Under the pieces are notes generated by a model. It worked only from the letters and a program-made list of their open reading frames with translations, did no database searches and was not told where the DNA came from. Shown piece by piece: positions 30,625 to 41,266 of a stretch of DNA of 64,000 bases (position 1 is its first letter; each line of letters begins with the position of its first letter). Origin of the DNA: an uncultured bacterium (lineage in GTDB: Bacteria; Bacillota_I; Bacilli_A; RFN20; CAG-826); the NCBI GenBank assembly GCA_949299335.1, contig CASGAD010000030.1, positions 11,875 through 75,874 on the forward strand. The letters are read 5' to 3'. A program made the translations under genes and the position numbers.

Positions 30625-32103
30625 ATGAATTATTTAGATTTGACATTAAGTGAAATTCATGAAGCATTAGTAAATAAAAAAGTTACTCCTTTAGAATTAA
30701 CTAAAGAAGCAATCAAAAGAGCAAAAGAAAATAAAGATAATGCTTTTGAATTAATTATCGAAGAAGATGCTATTAAAAAAGCAACTGAATTATCTAATCA
30801 TGAAGTTCCTAAAGATAATTATTTTTATGGAATACCTTATGTTGCTAAAGATAATTTTTCTACTAAAGGTTATGAGACTAATGCTAGTAGTAATATTTTA
30901 AAAGGATATGTTCCTTTATTTGATGCAACTGCTATAGAGGCATTAAATAAAGCTGGAGCTATTTTAATAGGTAAATCTACTTTAGATGAACTTGCAATGG
31001 GTGGAACGGGAACAAGTGGACACTTAGGTACAACTTTTAATCCTTATGATCCAACCCACACTCATTTAATTGGTGGGTCAAGTTGTGGAAGTGCAGTCGC
31101 AGTATCTGATTCAATTGTTCCTTTTGCTTTAGGAAGCGATACAGGTGACTCAATTAGAAAACCAGCAAGCCATTCTGGCCTAGTTGGTTTAAAACCTACT
31201 TGGGGATTAATCTCAAGATTTGGCTTATTCCCATTTGCTCCTTCAATGGATCACGTTGGTTTTTTTACTAGATCAGTAAAAGATAGTGCTATCGCATTAA
31301 ATTTATTAGCTTTTCATGATGATAAAGATTCAACAAGTGCATTTAAAGAAAAAGAAGATTATGTAGCTAATTTAAATAGTGAAGTTAAAGGCAAGAAAAT
31401 CGCTGTTGTTTCTGAAATCTTAAATTCTATTCAAGATAAAACTATTAAAAGCGCTTTTGAAAATTTAATTAAGAAATTAGAAAAAGATGGTGCTGAAGTT
31501 AATTATGTGAACTTCAGTAGGGATTTATTAAATGCTATTTATCCAACTTATATGGTTATTTCATGTGCTGAAAGTACAAGTAATAATGCTAATTTAGATG
31601 GTATTAAGTTTGGCCCTTATTTGGGTGGAAAGACTTATCAAGAAGTTATTTATAACGCTCGTACAAATGGTTTTTCACCATTAATCAAGCGTAGATTTGT
31701 TTTGGGAAGTTATTCATTAATGAGAGAAAATCAACATGATTTGTTCTTAAGAGCTCAAAAAGCAAGAAGACTTATTGTTGATAAATGTAATGAATTATTT
31801 AATCAATATGATGCTATTGTTCTTCCAGCAAGTCCAACACCTGCACCTTTAATTAAAGGCAGTAATGAAAAAGTTCAAAAAGATTATTTAGCCGCTGATA
31901 ACTGGTTAGCAATTGGTAATTTTGGTGGCTTCCCATCCATCACTTTACCTATGGGATTTGAAAATGAATTGCCATTTGGAGTTAATGTAACATGTAAGCC
32001 ATATGATGAAGTTAATATGTTTAACATCGCTTTAAATATAGAAAAAAATACTGGTTTTGCAGGGTTAAGTTATCAAAACCATAAGGAAAAGGATGGAAAA
32101 TAG
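30625..32103 (+). CDS. gatA: Glutamyl-tRNA(Gln) amidotransferase subunit A
   Basis: 492 aa with the amidase signature GGSSCGSAVAVS...GSDTGDSIRKPA. Confidence 0.95.
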   Translation: MNYLDLTLSEIHEALVNKKVTPLELTKEAIKRAKENKDNAFELIIEEDAIKKATELSNHEVPKDNYFYGIPYVAKDNFSTKGYETNASSNILKGYVPLFDATAIEALNKAGAILIGKSTLDELAMGGTGTSGHLGTTFNPYDPTHTHLIGGSSCGSAVAVSDSIVPFALGSDTGDSIRKPASHSGLVGLKPTWGLISRFGLFPFAPSMDHVGFFTRSVKDSAIALNLLAFHDDKDSTSAFKEKEDYVANLNSEVKGKKIAVVSEILNSIQDKTIKSAFENLIKKLEKDGAEVNYVNFSRDLLNAIYPTYMVISCAESTSNNANLDGIKFGPYLGGKTYQEVIYNARTNGFSPLIKRRFVLGSYSLMRENQHDLFLRAQKARRLIVDKCNELFNQYDAIVLPASPTPAPLIKGSNEKVQKDYLAADNWLAIGNFGGFPSITLPMGFENELPFGVNVTCKPYDEVNMFNIALNIEKNTGFAGLSYQNHKEKDGK

Positions 32104-32104
32104 T

Positions 32105-33529
32105 ATGAATTTTGAGACAATTGTTGGTATAGAAATTCACGTTGAAATGAAAACAAAGTCTAAAATGTTTTCATTAGCTCCAATTACTTTTGGCGATAAG
32201 CCTAATACCGAAGTTGCATTGCTTGATATGGCTTTTCCAGGTACAATGCCTAGAGTAAATAAAGAAGCTGTTAGAAATGCAATTAGAGTTAGTAACGCAT
32301 TACATATGAGTATCGACCAAGAACTTTGGTTTGATAGAAAAAACTATTTCTATAGTGATTTACCTAAAGGCTATCAAATTACTCAACAAGCTAGACCAAT
32401 CGGAAGTAAAGGTTATTTAGAAATCGAAATTGATGGTGAAAAGAAACGTATACATATAGAAAGATTACACATGGAAGAAGATACATGCATGCAACATCAT
32501 TTCAGCGATTATACATTACTTGATTATAATCGTGCTGGTATCCCTTTAATTGAAATCGTTTCTAAGCCAGAAATTAGAAGTGGATTAGAGGCAAGAAAAT
32601 ATGTTGAAAAAATTCGTGAAATTGTGACTTTCTCTAATGTCAGTGACGGAAAAATGGAAGAAGGTTCATTACGTTGCGATGTTAACGTTTCAATTAGACC
32701 TTATGGAAGTAATGATTTTGGAACAAAAGTAGAGGTTAAAAACCTTAACTCAATTGCGAATGTTGAAAAAGCTATTGATTTTGAAGCCAAAAGACAAAGT
32801 GAATTACTTTTAATGGGCAAGGAAGTTGAACAAGAAACACGTAGATTTGATGAAGCAAAAAAAGAAACAGTATTAATGAGAAAAAAGACAGATGCTGCTG
32901 ATTATAAATACTTCACTGAACCAAATATTCCACCTATTAAATTAAGTGACAAGTTTGTTGAAGATGCAATTGCAACCTGCCCTGAACTTTATGATCATAA
33001 ATTAGAAAGATTCTTAAACGATTATAAACTTAATTCAGTTGATGCTAAGATTTTATTAGCAGATGTTGATTTCTCTTTATATTACGATGAAGCAGCTAAA
33101 TCTACTAAGTTATATCAACCACTTGCTAATTTTATGATTAGCGAAGTTAATGGTTATTTAAATAAGAATAATATTTCAATCAATGAGTTTAAAGTTGATG
33201 CAAAATATATTTCTGAGTTAGTTGAGTTGTTGCAATCAAAAAAGATTAATTCATCTCAAGGAAAAGAAATATTTGCTAAACTTGTTAAAGAAAATAAGTC
33301 TCCATTGGCTCTTCAAAAAGAATTAGGTGCAATATTAATTAGCGATGAAGAAACCATTAGAAAACTAGTTTTAGAAGTACTTGAACAAAATGTTACATTA
33401 CGAGATGACTATAAAGCTGGCAAAACTAGAGCGCAAGGATTTGTAATGGGCCAAATTATGAAAAAAACTGGTGGAAAAGTTAATCCAGGTGTGGCTAACA
33501 AAGTTATTATTGAGGAATTAAAAAAATAG
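32105..33529 (+). CDS. gatB: Asp/Glu-tRNA amidotransferase subunit B
   Basis: Begins MNFETIVGIEIHVEMKT, the canonical GatB N-terminus. The track's ATG at 32093 is an alternative start. Confidence 0.95.
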   Translation: MNFETIVGIEIHVEMKTKSKMFSLAPITFGDKPNTEVALLDMAFPGTMPRVNKEAVRNAIRVSNALHMSIDQELWFDRKNYFYSDLPKGYQITQQARPIGSKGYLEIEIDGEKKRIHIERLHMEEDTCMQHHFSDYTLLDYNRAGIPLIEIVSKPEIRSGLEARKYVEKIREIVTFSNVSDGKMEEGSLRCDVNVSIRPYGSNDFGTKVEVKNLNSIANVEKAIDFEAKRQSELLLMGKEVEQETRRFDEAKKETVLMRKKTDAADYKYFTEPNIPPIKLSDKFVEDAIATCPELYDHKLERFLNDYKLNSVDAKILLADVDFSLYYDEAAKSTKLYQPLANFMISEVNGYLNKNNISINEFKVDAKYISELVELLQSKKINSSQGKEIFAKLVKENKSPLALQKELGAILISDEETIRKLVLEVLEQNVTLRDDYKAGKTRAQGFVMGQIMKKTGGKVNPGVANKVIIEELKK

Positions 33530-33531
33530 AT

Positions 33532-33576
33532 AAGGGGCTGTTAAGAATTTTCATTTCTTAACAGCCCCTTTATTTT
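33532..33576. terminator. Strong bidirectional terminator shared by gatB and the convergent DUF2130 gene
   Basis: Perfect 16-bp stem AAGGGGCTGTTAAGAA/TTCTTAACAGCCCCTT with a 7-nt loop, then TATTTT. Confidence 0.85.
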
Positions 33577-33592
33577 AAAAATAGTGCAAAAA

Positions 33593-35050
33593 CTAATTAT
33601 TTTCTAATTTATCTAGTTTTCTAGATAATTTTTTAATATCAAATCTTTCAATTTTTTCTCTAATAGCTTTTAACTTATCATCGATTATCTTAGAAATTTC
33701 TTCATCGTTTTTTCTAGCGTAAGTTAAAATTTGTTCGTTATTATCTTTTAAAGTATTGATTGATTTAGTTAATGATTCTAGAGGTTTATCTAAATATGTA
33801 TTTTTAAGTTTATTAAATTCTTCAACTAATTCATTTGCTTCTTTTAATTCTAGTTTTTCTTTATTAGAAGTAATTAATAAATCTTTAAATTTATTAGCAA
33901 GAGTATAAATAATGCTTAAAAATGTAATCATATATTGAGGTCTAACAATATACATTTTTTCATATTCATTAACTTTTTTAATTGGAGAATCATTAGGTGT
34001 GTCCCATTCAAGTTCACTCACTAATAAAGCGTATTCACAACCCTTTTTATTTCTATCTTCATCAAGTTTTTTATAGTGATCACTATTTTTCTTTTTGATG
34101 CTTGAGACATTTGATTCATTTTTCATTTCTAAACACACTGAAGAAAGTAAGCTCTCGTTAGAATAAGAAGAATCAGAAAATACTTTAAAAATAAAGTCAG
34201 CTTTAGTACCTTTAAGGTCATCTTCGTTTTTAATGGCTGTATTATCTTTATACCATTGGCAATTAGTAAATCCTGAAATAGCAGCAGCTTGATATTCTTC
34301 GTTACAATATCTTTCTAACTCTTCACCAAGTTTTTTAACATTTAAAGATGATTTTTGAAGACTAAGTTGTTGATATTTAGTTTCGATATTTCTTTTTTCT
34401 TCTTCAAGTTTTTTATATTTTTCTTCTTCAATTTTTTTAGCTTCAACAATAGCTAATTCTTTTTGAAGTGAACTATCTTTAATTTGATGCTTTAATTCTT
34501 CAATTTGTTTTTCAAGTAAATTTATTTCTTTATCCTTTTGAGATGTTATAGTTAACGTTACTCTTTCGGCTTCACCTTTTAGGTTTTCTTTAAGAAGTTT
34601 AATTTCATTATTTAAAGAAGAAATTTGAGTATCTTTTTGATTTAATAAAGTAGCGTTTTGCAATTTTAAGTTATTAATTTCTCTATCTTTAGTTATTTCA
34701 ACATTAGTTTTTTCTTTTTCTAAATTTGTTTCAACATTACTTTTATAGTTAGAAAACTCATTCATTAAAGTATTGTATTCATCAATCTTTTTTTGAATTT
34801 CATCTTTATATGCGATTTCTTGCTTTCTTAATTGATCTTTATTTTTGCCATCTAATTCTAATGTCAATTTTTCATTTGCTTCTTTAATTCTTTTTTCTAG
34901 TATATTATTTTTTTCTTTTTCGATTAAAGATTCAATACTAGAAGTATCAATTAATAAAACGTCATTTAAATTAATAATATCACCTTTATTAGCATTTTCT
35001 TCTAATTGAAGTGTTTCTTTATCTATTACTTTTACTTTAACTATGGCCAT
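33593..35050 (-). CDS. DUF2130-family protein: long coiled coil plus a C-terminal nuclease-like domain
   Basis: 485 aa. Residues about 40-240 are heptad-rich and Lys/Glu-rich. The C-terminus has GTKADFIFKV...SVCLEMKNES...KLDEDRNKKGCEYALLVSELE...KMYIVRPQ, matching the remembered DUF2130 signature. Confidence 0.6.
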   Translation of the reverse strand: MAIVKVKVIDKETLQLEENANKGDIINLNDVLLIDTSSIESLIEKEKNNILEKRIKEANEKLTLELDGKNKDQLRKQEIAYKDEIQKKIDEYNTLMNEFSNYKSNVETNLEKEKTNVEITKDREINNLKLQNATLLNQKDTQISSLNNEIKLLKENLKGEAERVTLTITSQKDKEINLLEKQIEELKHQIKDSSLQKELAIVEAKKIEEEKYKKLEEEKRNIETKYQQLSLQKSSLNVKKLGEELERYCNEEYQAAAISGFTNCQWYKDNTAIKNEDDLKGTKADFIFKVFSDSSYSNESLLSSVCLEMKNESNVSSIKKKNSDHYKKLDEDRNKKGCEYALLVSELEWDTPNDSPIKKVNEYEKMYIVRPQYMITFLSIIYTLANKFKDLLITSNKEKLELKEANELVEEFNKLKNTYLDKPLESLTKSINTLKDNNEQILTYARKNDEEISKIIDDKLKAIREKIERFDIKKLSRKLDKLENN

Positions 35051-35146
35051 AATTTAACCTCTTAATTGATTATATCATATTTATATTACTAATTTACTTG
35101 GTCAAATTCTTAATAAATTAAAGATTAGTTATGTTAAAATAATAAA

Positions 35147-37555
35147 GTGAAAATTTTAAACTTACTCACTGATAAAGAAGTGATTTTAGTTGTTCAAAAT
35201 GAATTAAATTCATATTTTTTTGAAGTGAGAAAAAAATTCCCTAGACTTAATTTTAAATTGTTTACTTTAAATAACCTTTTTAAAGAATTAAGAGGTGATT
35301 ATTTAAATGATGAAGTAATTAAATTAGGTTTTAAATTATTTCCTAATTTAACTTATTCTTCAATTAAGGAAGTAAGCGAACTGATTTTTAAATCATTTAA
35401 AATAAATGAAAGTAATAATGATGAATTAATTGAGTTTAATAATAAATTAATAGAAGCGAATTTATTAAAAATTAATGAAGATTTTAAAAATTTATTATTA
35501 TCTAAAGAAGTGTTGTTTGTTAATTTTAAAGCTTCTAATTTAGTTAAAACTTTAATTAATGAACTTGGACTTATTAATTATAGATTTATTGATATAGAAG
35601 AAGTAATTGATTATAACGATTCTATTAGTTATCATTCATTTTTTAATATATTTGATGAAACTACATATGGGCTTAATGAAATTTTAAATTTAGTTTATGA
35701 AGGTAAAGATACTAAAAATATAAAAGTAATTTTAGATAAAGAAAGATTTTCTTTTTATATCAACTTGTTATTAGAAAATATTGATGTTCCTTATTTAATT
35801 AAAAATGAGTACAGTCTATTAGATAGTAAGACTTATAAATTTATTTATAAGTATTTAGATGATACGGATGTTTCGTTAATTAATTTATTAAATGAAAATA
35901 AGGAAGTTATTAATGATAATGAAAACTTCGATACTATTTTAGGATTATTTAATACTTTTAATATAGATACTTTAAATAATAGAAAGATGAATGTAATCGA
36001 TATTTTATCTAGTAGAGTAAGAGCATCTAATCGAATTATTAACGCTATTGAATTTAATAACTCATTAACTTTTTCTTTAGATAAAGGTATTTTTGTTTTG
36101 GGTTTAGATAATACATTTATGCCTAAAAGTAAAAAGAATAATAAAATCTATTCTTACGATTTTAAATATAAACTTGGTTTAGATTCTTTAAATGAAATAA
36201 ATTTAATGAACTCTAATTTAGAGATGGCCTTTTTAAAGCAAAAAAACATTAAATTTATTTCATATCATATAAAAGATAACGCTGGTAGATATCAAAAAAG
36301 TTATTACATTAAATCACTTAACATGATTGAAAAAGCTAATAAAGAGCAATTAAGAATGTTTGATTTAGGCTTAATGAAAGTGATGTATCGTAATTTAATT
36401 GATAAGTTTAGCAAAAATGGTGAAGTAAGTAATAATCTAGTTTTATTAAATAAATACTTTAATAATGAGGTTTTGCATACTTTTTCAAGTAATTTTAATG
36501 GATTATCTACTACTAATTTAGAAGAAAATAAAGAGTTTTCTTATTCTAGATTAAAAGTATATCATGCTTGCCCTTTCTCTTATTTTGTTAATTATATTTT
36601 AAAAGATAATACTTTTGAAGAAACAATTTTTACTAAATTTGGATCTTTAGCTCATGCAATATTAAGTCATATGTATGAACCAGATTTTGATTTTGAAGAT
36701 AGTAAAAATAAAGAAATTGGTGCATTTAAATTTTCAAAAAAAGAATTGATTTTACTTAATAGATTTTTATATGAAGTTAAATTAACTGCCTCAAGAATTT
36801 TAGAACATAAAAACAAAATGTCTTTTATAAATTCTTATAGCGAGTTTGATTTAAAATATATAATTAATACTTCTTTTAATAATGGAGTCACGCTAGAAAA
36901 TAAAGCTATTAAAATTGGTGGACGAATAGATAGAATGATTGAAACTAGCGATGATAAAATTTTTATTATAGATTATAAAACAGGTAATGAACCTTTTAAG
37001 AAAACTGATTTTTTAGAAAGAGGCTTATCAACTCAATTGCCTTTTTATCTTTATTTAGCTAATCATTCTAGTGATAAAAAAGTAAAGAATAAAACTTTAG
37101 AAGGGGCTTTTATTCAACCACTTTTACGTAATGAAGGTAAATTTTATAACATTTTTAATCCTACTAAAGAAGATATTGAATCAACGTATTTAAATGGCTT
37201 TTTTATTGATGATTATGACACGATGTCAAAGTTTGATTACTCTTTAATTAAAAATGAAGGTGATACTAATTTGGAAAGTGAATTTATTACTGGGGCTAAA
37301 CTTAATAAGCCTAAAAATGGAATATATTCTCTTTCTAAAAGACCTAGTCAATGTTCTACTAATGAAGACTTTATTAAGTTTGATCATGTAATTGAAGACT
37401 ATATTATTAATTCATTCTATGGAATAAATAAAGGCAAATTTGAAATATATCCATTACAACGGAAAACCGATGTTAAAAGTGTTAACTCATGTAAATATTG
37501 CAATTTTAAAGATATATGTATGAAAGCAACTAGAAAGGAAGAAGATGGGGAATAA
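35147..37555 (+). CDS. addB: Helicase-nuclease complex subunit B (AddB/RexB), short form without a Walker A motif
   Basis: 802 aa with a GTG start. The C-terminal nuclease has Fe-S cysteines (YHACPFSYF; CKYCNFKDIC, i.e. C-x2-C-x5-C) and IDRM...FIIDYKTG. Overlaps addA by 11 nt. Confidence 0.8.
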   Translation: MKILNLLTDKEVILVVQNELNSYFFEVRKKFPRLNFKLFTLNNLFKELRGDYLNDEVIKLGFKLFPNLTYSSIKEVSELIFKSFKINESNNDELIEFNNKLIEANLLKINEDFKNLLLSKEVLFVNFKASNLVKTLINELGLINYRFIDIEEVIDYNDSISYHSFFNIFDETTYGLNEILNLVYEGKDTKNIKVILDKERFSFYINLLLENIDVPYLIKNEYSLLDSKTYKFIYKYLDDTDVSLINLLNENKEVINDNENFDTILGLFNTFNIDTLNNRKMNVIDILSSRVRASNRIINAIEFNNSLTFSLDKGIFVLGLDNTFMPKSKKNNKIYSYDFKYKLGLDSLNEINLMNSNLEMAFLKQKNIKFISYHIKDNAGRYQKSYYIKSLNMIEKANKEQLRMFDLGLMKVMYRNLIDKFSKNGEVSNNLVLLNKYFNNEVLHTFSSNFNGLSTTNLEENKEFSYSRLKVYHACPFSYFVNYILKDNTFEETIFTKFGSLAHAILSHMYEPDFDFEDSKNKEIGAFKFSKKELILLNRFLYEVKLTASRILEHKNKMSFINSYSEFDLKYIINTSFNNGVTLENKAIKIGGRIDRMIETSDDKIFIIDYKTGNEPFKKTDFLERGLSTQLPFYLYLANHSSDKKVKNKTLEGAFIQPLLRNEGKFYNIFNPTKEDIESTYLNGFFIDDYDTMSKFDYSLIKNEGDTNLESEFITGAKLNKPKNGIYSLSKRPSQCSTNEDFIKFDHVIEDYIINSFYGINKGKFEIYPLQRKTDVKSVNSCKYCNFKDICMKATRKEEDGE

Positions 37556-40500
37556 TTTTTCTAAAGAACAACTTGAAGCAATAAATAGTCAAGGCAATGT
37601 TATTGTTAGTGCTGGAGCTGGTAGTGGAAAAACTACTGTTTTAACTGAGCGCGTAAGAAGAAATATTCTTGGCGAAGGAGTTAATAATAAAGTTTCTTTA
37701 GATGAATTATTAATTTTAACTTTTACTAAAGATGCTGCAACTAGTATGAAAGAGAAGATTAAAGATGCTTTAGGAAAAGAAGATTCTTTAAGCTATTTAG
37801 TCCCTTATGTTGATAGTGCTCATATAGAGACATTTGATGCATATGCTCAATTTATCGTTACAAAATATGGATATTTAGAGAAATATCCTAAGAATATAAA
37901 TATTATCGAAGATGACATTCTTTTTATAAAGTGTTCTAATTTTTTAATAGAAATACTTGATGAATTATATGAAATTGAAGATGACATATTAAAAGAATTA
38001 GTATTTTATTATTTACCTAAAGGCGATAAACCTTTAATTAATTTTTTGCGTGACATATATTTTAATATTTTGTTAAAAAAAGACGATCCAATCGACTTTT
38101 TGTTAACATATAAAAATGAAGTTTTATCAACAAATTGGTTTAATAATTTATTAGATAAATTAAGCATAATATTAGTTAATGATATTAATAAAATTAATGA
38201 ATTAAAAGACTCTTTAATTAATTACGAGTTAAGAGATAATTTATTAAGAATTATTGATGTATTTAATGGAGTAGGTTCATTAAGTGCTTTACTTGAAATT
38301 AAGGATAATTTAATAAGTCCTGATGATTTTAAAAAGATATATACTAGTCTTGCTAATTCAGTTAAAACTAATAAGATAGATTCAGAAATTAGAGAACTAT
38401 CAATTATTAAGGAAATTGAAACTATTTATAAAAATATTTATAACTTAAGTCAGGTTGATTTAGAAACATTTAAAGATATAGATATTAAATATCAAATTAA
38501 ATACTTAACTTTTATAGTTGATAAAATACTTGTTCCATTTATTAAAAAAGTAGAAGCATTTAAATTTTCTACTGGATTTTTTTCATTTAGTGATGTCAGT
38601 AAAATGGCAATAACCATCGTAAAAAATCATGAAAATGTAAAAAACGAAGTAAAAAATGAATTTAAATTAATAATGATTGATGAATACCAAGATACAAGTT
38701 ATGGACAAGAAGAATTTATTAATTTAATTAGTAATAATAATGTATTTTCAGTTGGTGATATTAAGCAATCAATCTATAGATTTAGAGGCGCAGTACCAGA
38801 TTTATTTAAAACTAAATATGATGCTTATTCATTAAATAATGGTGGTAGAGCTATTAATATGAATAAAAATTATCGTAGTAGAAAAGAAATTATTAATCCA
38901 ATTAATGATATGTTTTCTAAACTAATGAAAGATGATTTTGGCGGAGCGAATTATATTAAAGATCATATAATTGAAGCAAGTAATCTTGATTATGATAAAT
39001 ATGGAACAAGTAGCACTAATCATGGATTTTTCATGATTCCTTATTCTGATATCATAGGTGGTTTATTTGATGATAGTAATGTAAGTGGTAAAGAGGCTTT
39101 AGTAAGTGGAAGTTCTAGCTTAATCGCTTTAGATATAATTAATAGAATTAATAAAGGATATGAAATTTATGATGCAAAAAACAAGTGTTGTAGAAAAGCT
39201 AAATATAGTGATTTTGCTATTTTAACTTATAAATCCACTAAGTTCCCTACTCTTCAAAGAATATTTAAAAAATTTAATATTCCATTAAATGTAATCTATG
39301 AAGAATCAATGAAGGAAGATTTTTCTATAACAATAGTAAGTAATTTATTACGTTTAATGCATTTATTAAGTTTAGAAACGACAAATCAAATTGAAAAAGG
39401 TGAAATTAAACATTTATTAATTTCAATTTTTAGATCATATTTATTTGAATATAGTGATCAAAAACTTTTTGAGTTATTTAATGATGATTCTTATAGAAAT
39501 GATCCTAATTATATTAAATTAAAGTCTTTAGCTATTAAATATAAGTCTTTACCTATTCATGAAGTATATTTATCTATATTTAATGATTTAAATTATTTAA
39601 CCAATAGTTCCAAATTAAAAGAAGTTATTAACTCTTTAGATAAGAATAATATTTTGTTTAATAAAACTAAAACTATGGATTTAATTGGATATACTTTAAA
39701 TGATTTAAGTAATTATTTTAAAGATTTAGAACAGTTTGATATTCAAATGGATCAAACCATATATAGTGATTCTAAAGATGCAGTAACTTTAACTACTGTG
39801 CATAAATCTAAAGGATTAGAATATCCATTAGTTTATTTACCATCTTTAAATGATTTTAATACTTTAAAAAATAAAGATAGTAAAACTAAGTTTTATATTT
39901 TAAATGATTATTTTTTCTTACCATTATTTAGCGATCCTTCAAAAAAGAATAATATTTTGGGCCGAGCTTTAATCGATGATTCTTTAGAAAACTATAAAGA
40001 TAAAGAGGAAAGATTACGTTTATTTTATGTTGCTTTAACTAGAGCAAAAGAAGATATTGTCTTTGTTTATGATAATGCATCACCTTTAAGTCAAAATGAA
40101 TATAATAAAGAAATTCATGATGAAGTAAGTAAGTCTTTAAAAGAAGGGAATATAAATATTAAAGAAGAAGATATTAATTTATTAGCTTCTTTAAGGATAA
40201 AAGAGATAGAAAAAATAGGATTTGGTGACACTTTTGCAAGCTTTTTATTTAAAGCAAACGCAAACTACCCTTTAAGTGAATATTTAGAAGATAAATTTAG
40301 TAACTTAAATGATTACTTAAAAGAACTTAATGAAACATTTAATTTAAATGATTCATTATCGTTAAAAGGATTAATGAATTTCTATTTAAATAACAGCTAT
40401 TCATTTAAAGGCATTAGTAAAGATAAACTTACTAAATACTTAGAAATTAAAAAGCAAAATGTTAATAAAAATAGTAACCCTATATTTAGTAATCCAATTT

Positions 40501-41264
40501 TATTTAATGGAACAAAACTAATTAATGACTCAGATATATTATTAAAAGTAGAAGTTAAGGAAAATAAAAAAGAAGGATATAAAGTATATGCAACTTTTGT
40601 TCCTAATAGAGTTTTCTCATTTACTAGTTTAGACTACTCCTTATTAATTAAAATTAATGAGGAAATAATAAAAGGATCTTTTACTACTTTATTAAATAAA
40701 ATGAAATTTAATAATTTAACAAGTAATAATGAAGATGAAGAGTTAAATAAAAAGCTATTACTTTTAAATAAAGATGATAAAGAGATTAAACTTTATGAAC
40801 TTCACATCGAAAAAGAAGAAGTAAAAGCAAAAATTAAAGCATCTAAAGATGTTGATGACGAAAGTAATGATAGCGCCTTACATTATGGAACTCATATGCA
40901 CGCTTTATTAGAGATGGTTGATTTTAAAAATAAAGATGTATCTAAAATTAGTAATATAAAAGAAAGAAACATTATATTAAAAGTAATTAATGAATTAGAT
41001 AAACTTAATATTAAAGAAGCTTCAATTTATAAAGAGTATCAATTTAATGACGAAGTAATTAATTTAAGTGGAGTAATTGATTTACTTCTAGTTTTTGATG
41101 ATCACGCTATTATTGTTGATTATAAGTTAAAAAATATTGATGATTTAAACTATAATCGTCAATTAAATCTATATAAAGAGTATATTAAAAAAGCATTTAG
41201 TTTAGATAATGTAGAAACTTACTTACTTTCAATAATGGATGCTAAATTGGATAAAGGAGGATAA
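37545..41264 (+). CDS. addA: Helicase-nuclease complex subunit A (AddA/RexA)
   Basis: 1239 aa. UvrD-type motifs AGAGSGKTTVL, MIDEYQDTS, VGDIKQSIYRFRGA and VALTRAKED. C-terminal RecB-type nuclease GVIDLLLVF...IIVDYK. Confidence 0.9.
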   Translation: MGNNFSKEQLEAINSQGNVIVSAGAGSGKTTVLTERVRRNILGEGVNNKVSLDELLILTFTKDAATSMKEKIKDALGKEDSLSYLVPYVDSAHIETFDAYAQFIVTKYGYLEKYPKNINIIEDDILFIKCSNFLIEILDELYEIEDDILKELVFYYLPKGDKPLINFLRDIYFNILLKKDDPIDFLLTYKNEVLSTNWFNNLLDKLSIILVNDINKINELKDSLINYELRDNLLRIIDVFNGVGSLSALLEIKDNLISPDDFKKIYTSLANSVKTNKIDSEIRELSIIKEIETIYKNIYNLSQVDLETFKDIDIKYQIKYLTFIVDKILVPFIKKVEAFKFSTGFFSFSDVSKMAITIVKNHENVKNEVKNEFKLIMIDEYQDTSYGQEEFINLISNNNVFSVGDIKQSIYRFRGAVPDLFKTKYDAYSLNNGGRAINMNKNYRSRKEIINPINDMFSKLMKDDFGGANYIKDHIIEASNLDYDKYGTSSTNHGFFMIPYSDIIGGLFDDSNVSGKEALVSGSSSLIALDIINRINKGYEIYDAKNKCCRKAKYSDFAILTYKSTKFPTLQRIFKKFNIPLNVIYEESMKEDFSITIVSNLLRLMHLLSLETTNQIEKGEIKHLLISIFRSYLFEYSDQKLFELFNDDSYRNDPNYIKLKSLAIKYKSLPIHEVYLSIFNDLNYLTNSSKLKEVINSLDKNNILFNKTKTMDLIGYTLNDLSNYFKDLEQFDIQMDQTIYSDSKDAVTLTTVHKSKGLEYPLVYLPSLNDFNTLKNKDSKTKFYILNDYFFLPLFSDPSKKNNILGRALIDDSLENYKDKEERLRLFYVALTRAKEDIVFVYDNASPLSQNEYNKEIHDEVSKSLKEGNINIKEEDINLLASLRIKEIEKIGFGDTFASFLFKANANYPLSEYLEDKFSNLNDYLKELNETFNLNDSLSLKGLMNFYLNNSYSFKGISKDKLTKYLEIKKQNVNKNSNPIFSNPILFNGTKLINDSDILLKVEVKENKKEGYKVYATFVPNRVFSFTSLDYSLLIKINEEIIKGSFTTLLNKMKFNNLTSNNEDEELNKKLLLLNKDDKEIKLYELHIEKEEVKAKIKASKDVDDESNDSALHYGTHMHALLEMVDFKNKDVSKISNIKERNIILKVINELDKLNIKEASIYKEYQFNDEVINLSGVIDLLLVFDDHAIIVDYKLKNIDDLNYNRQLNLYKEYIKKAFSLDNVETYLLSIMDAKLDKGG

Positions 41265-41266
41265 AA

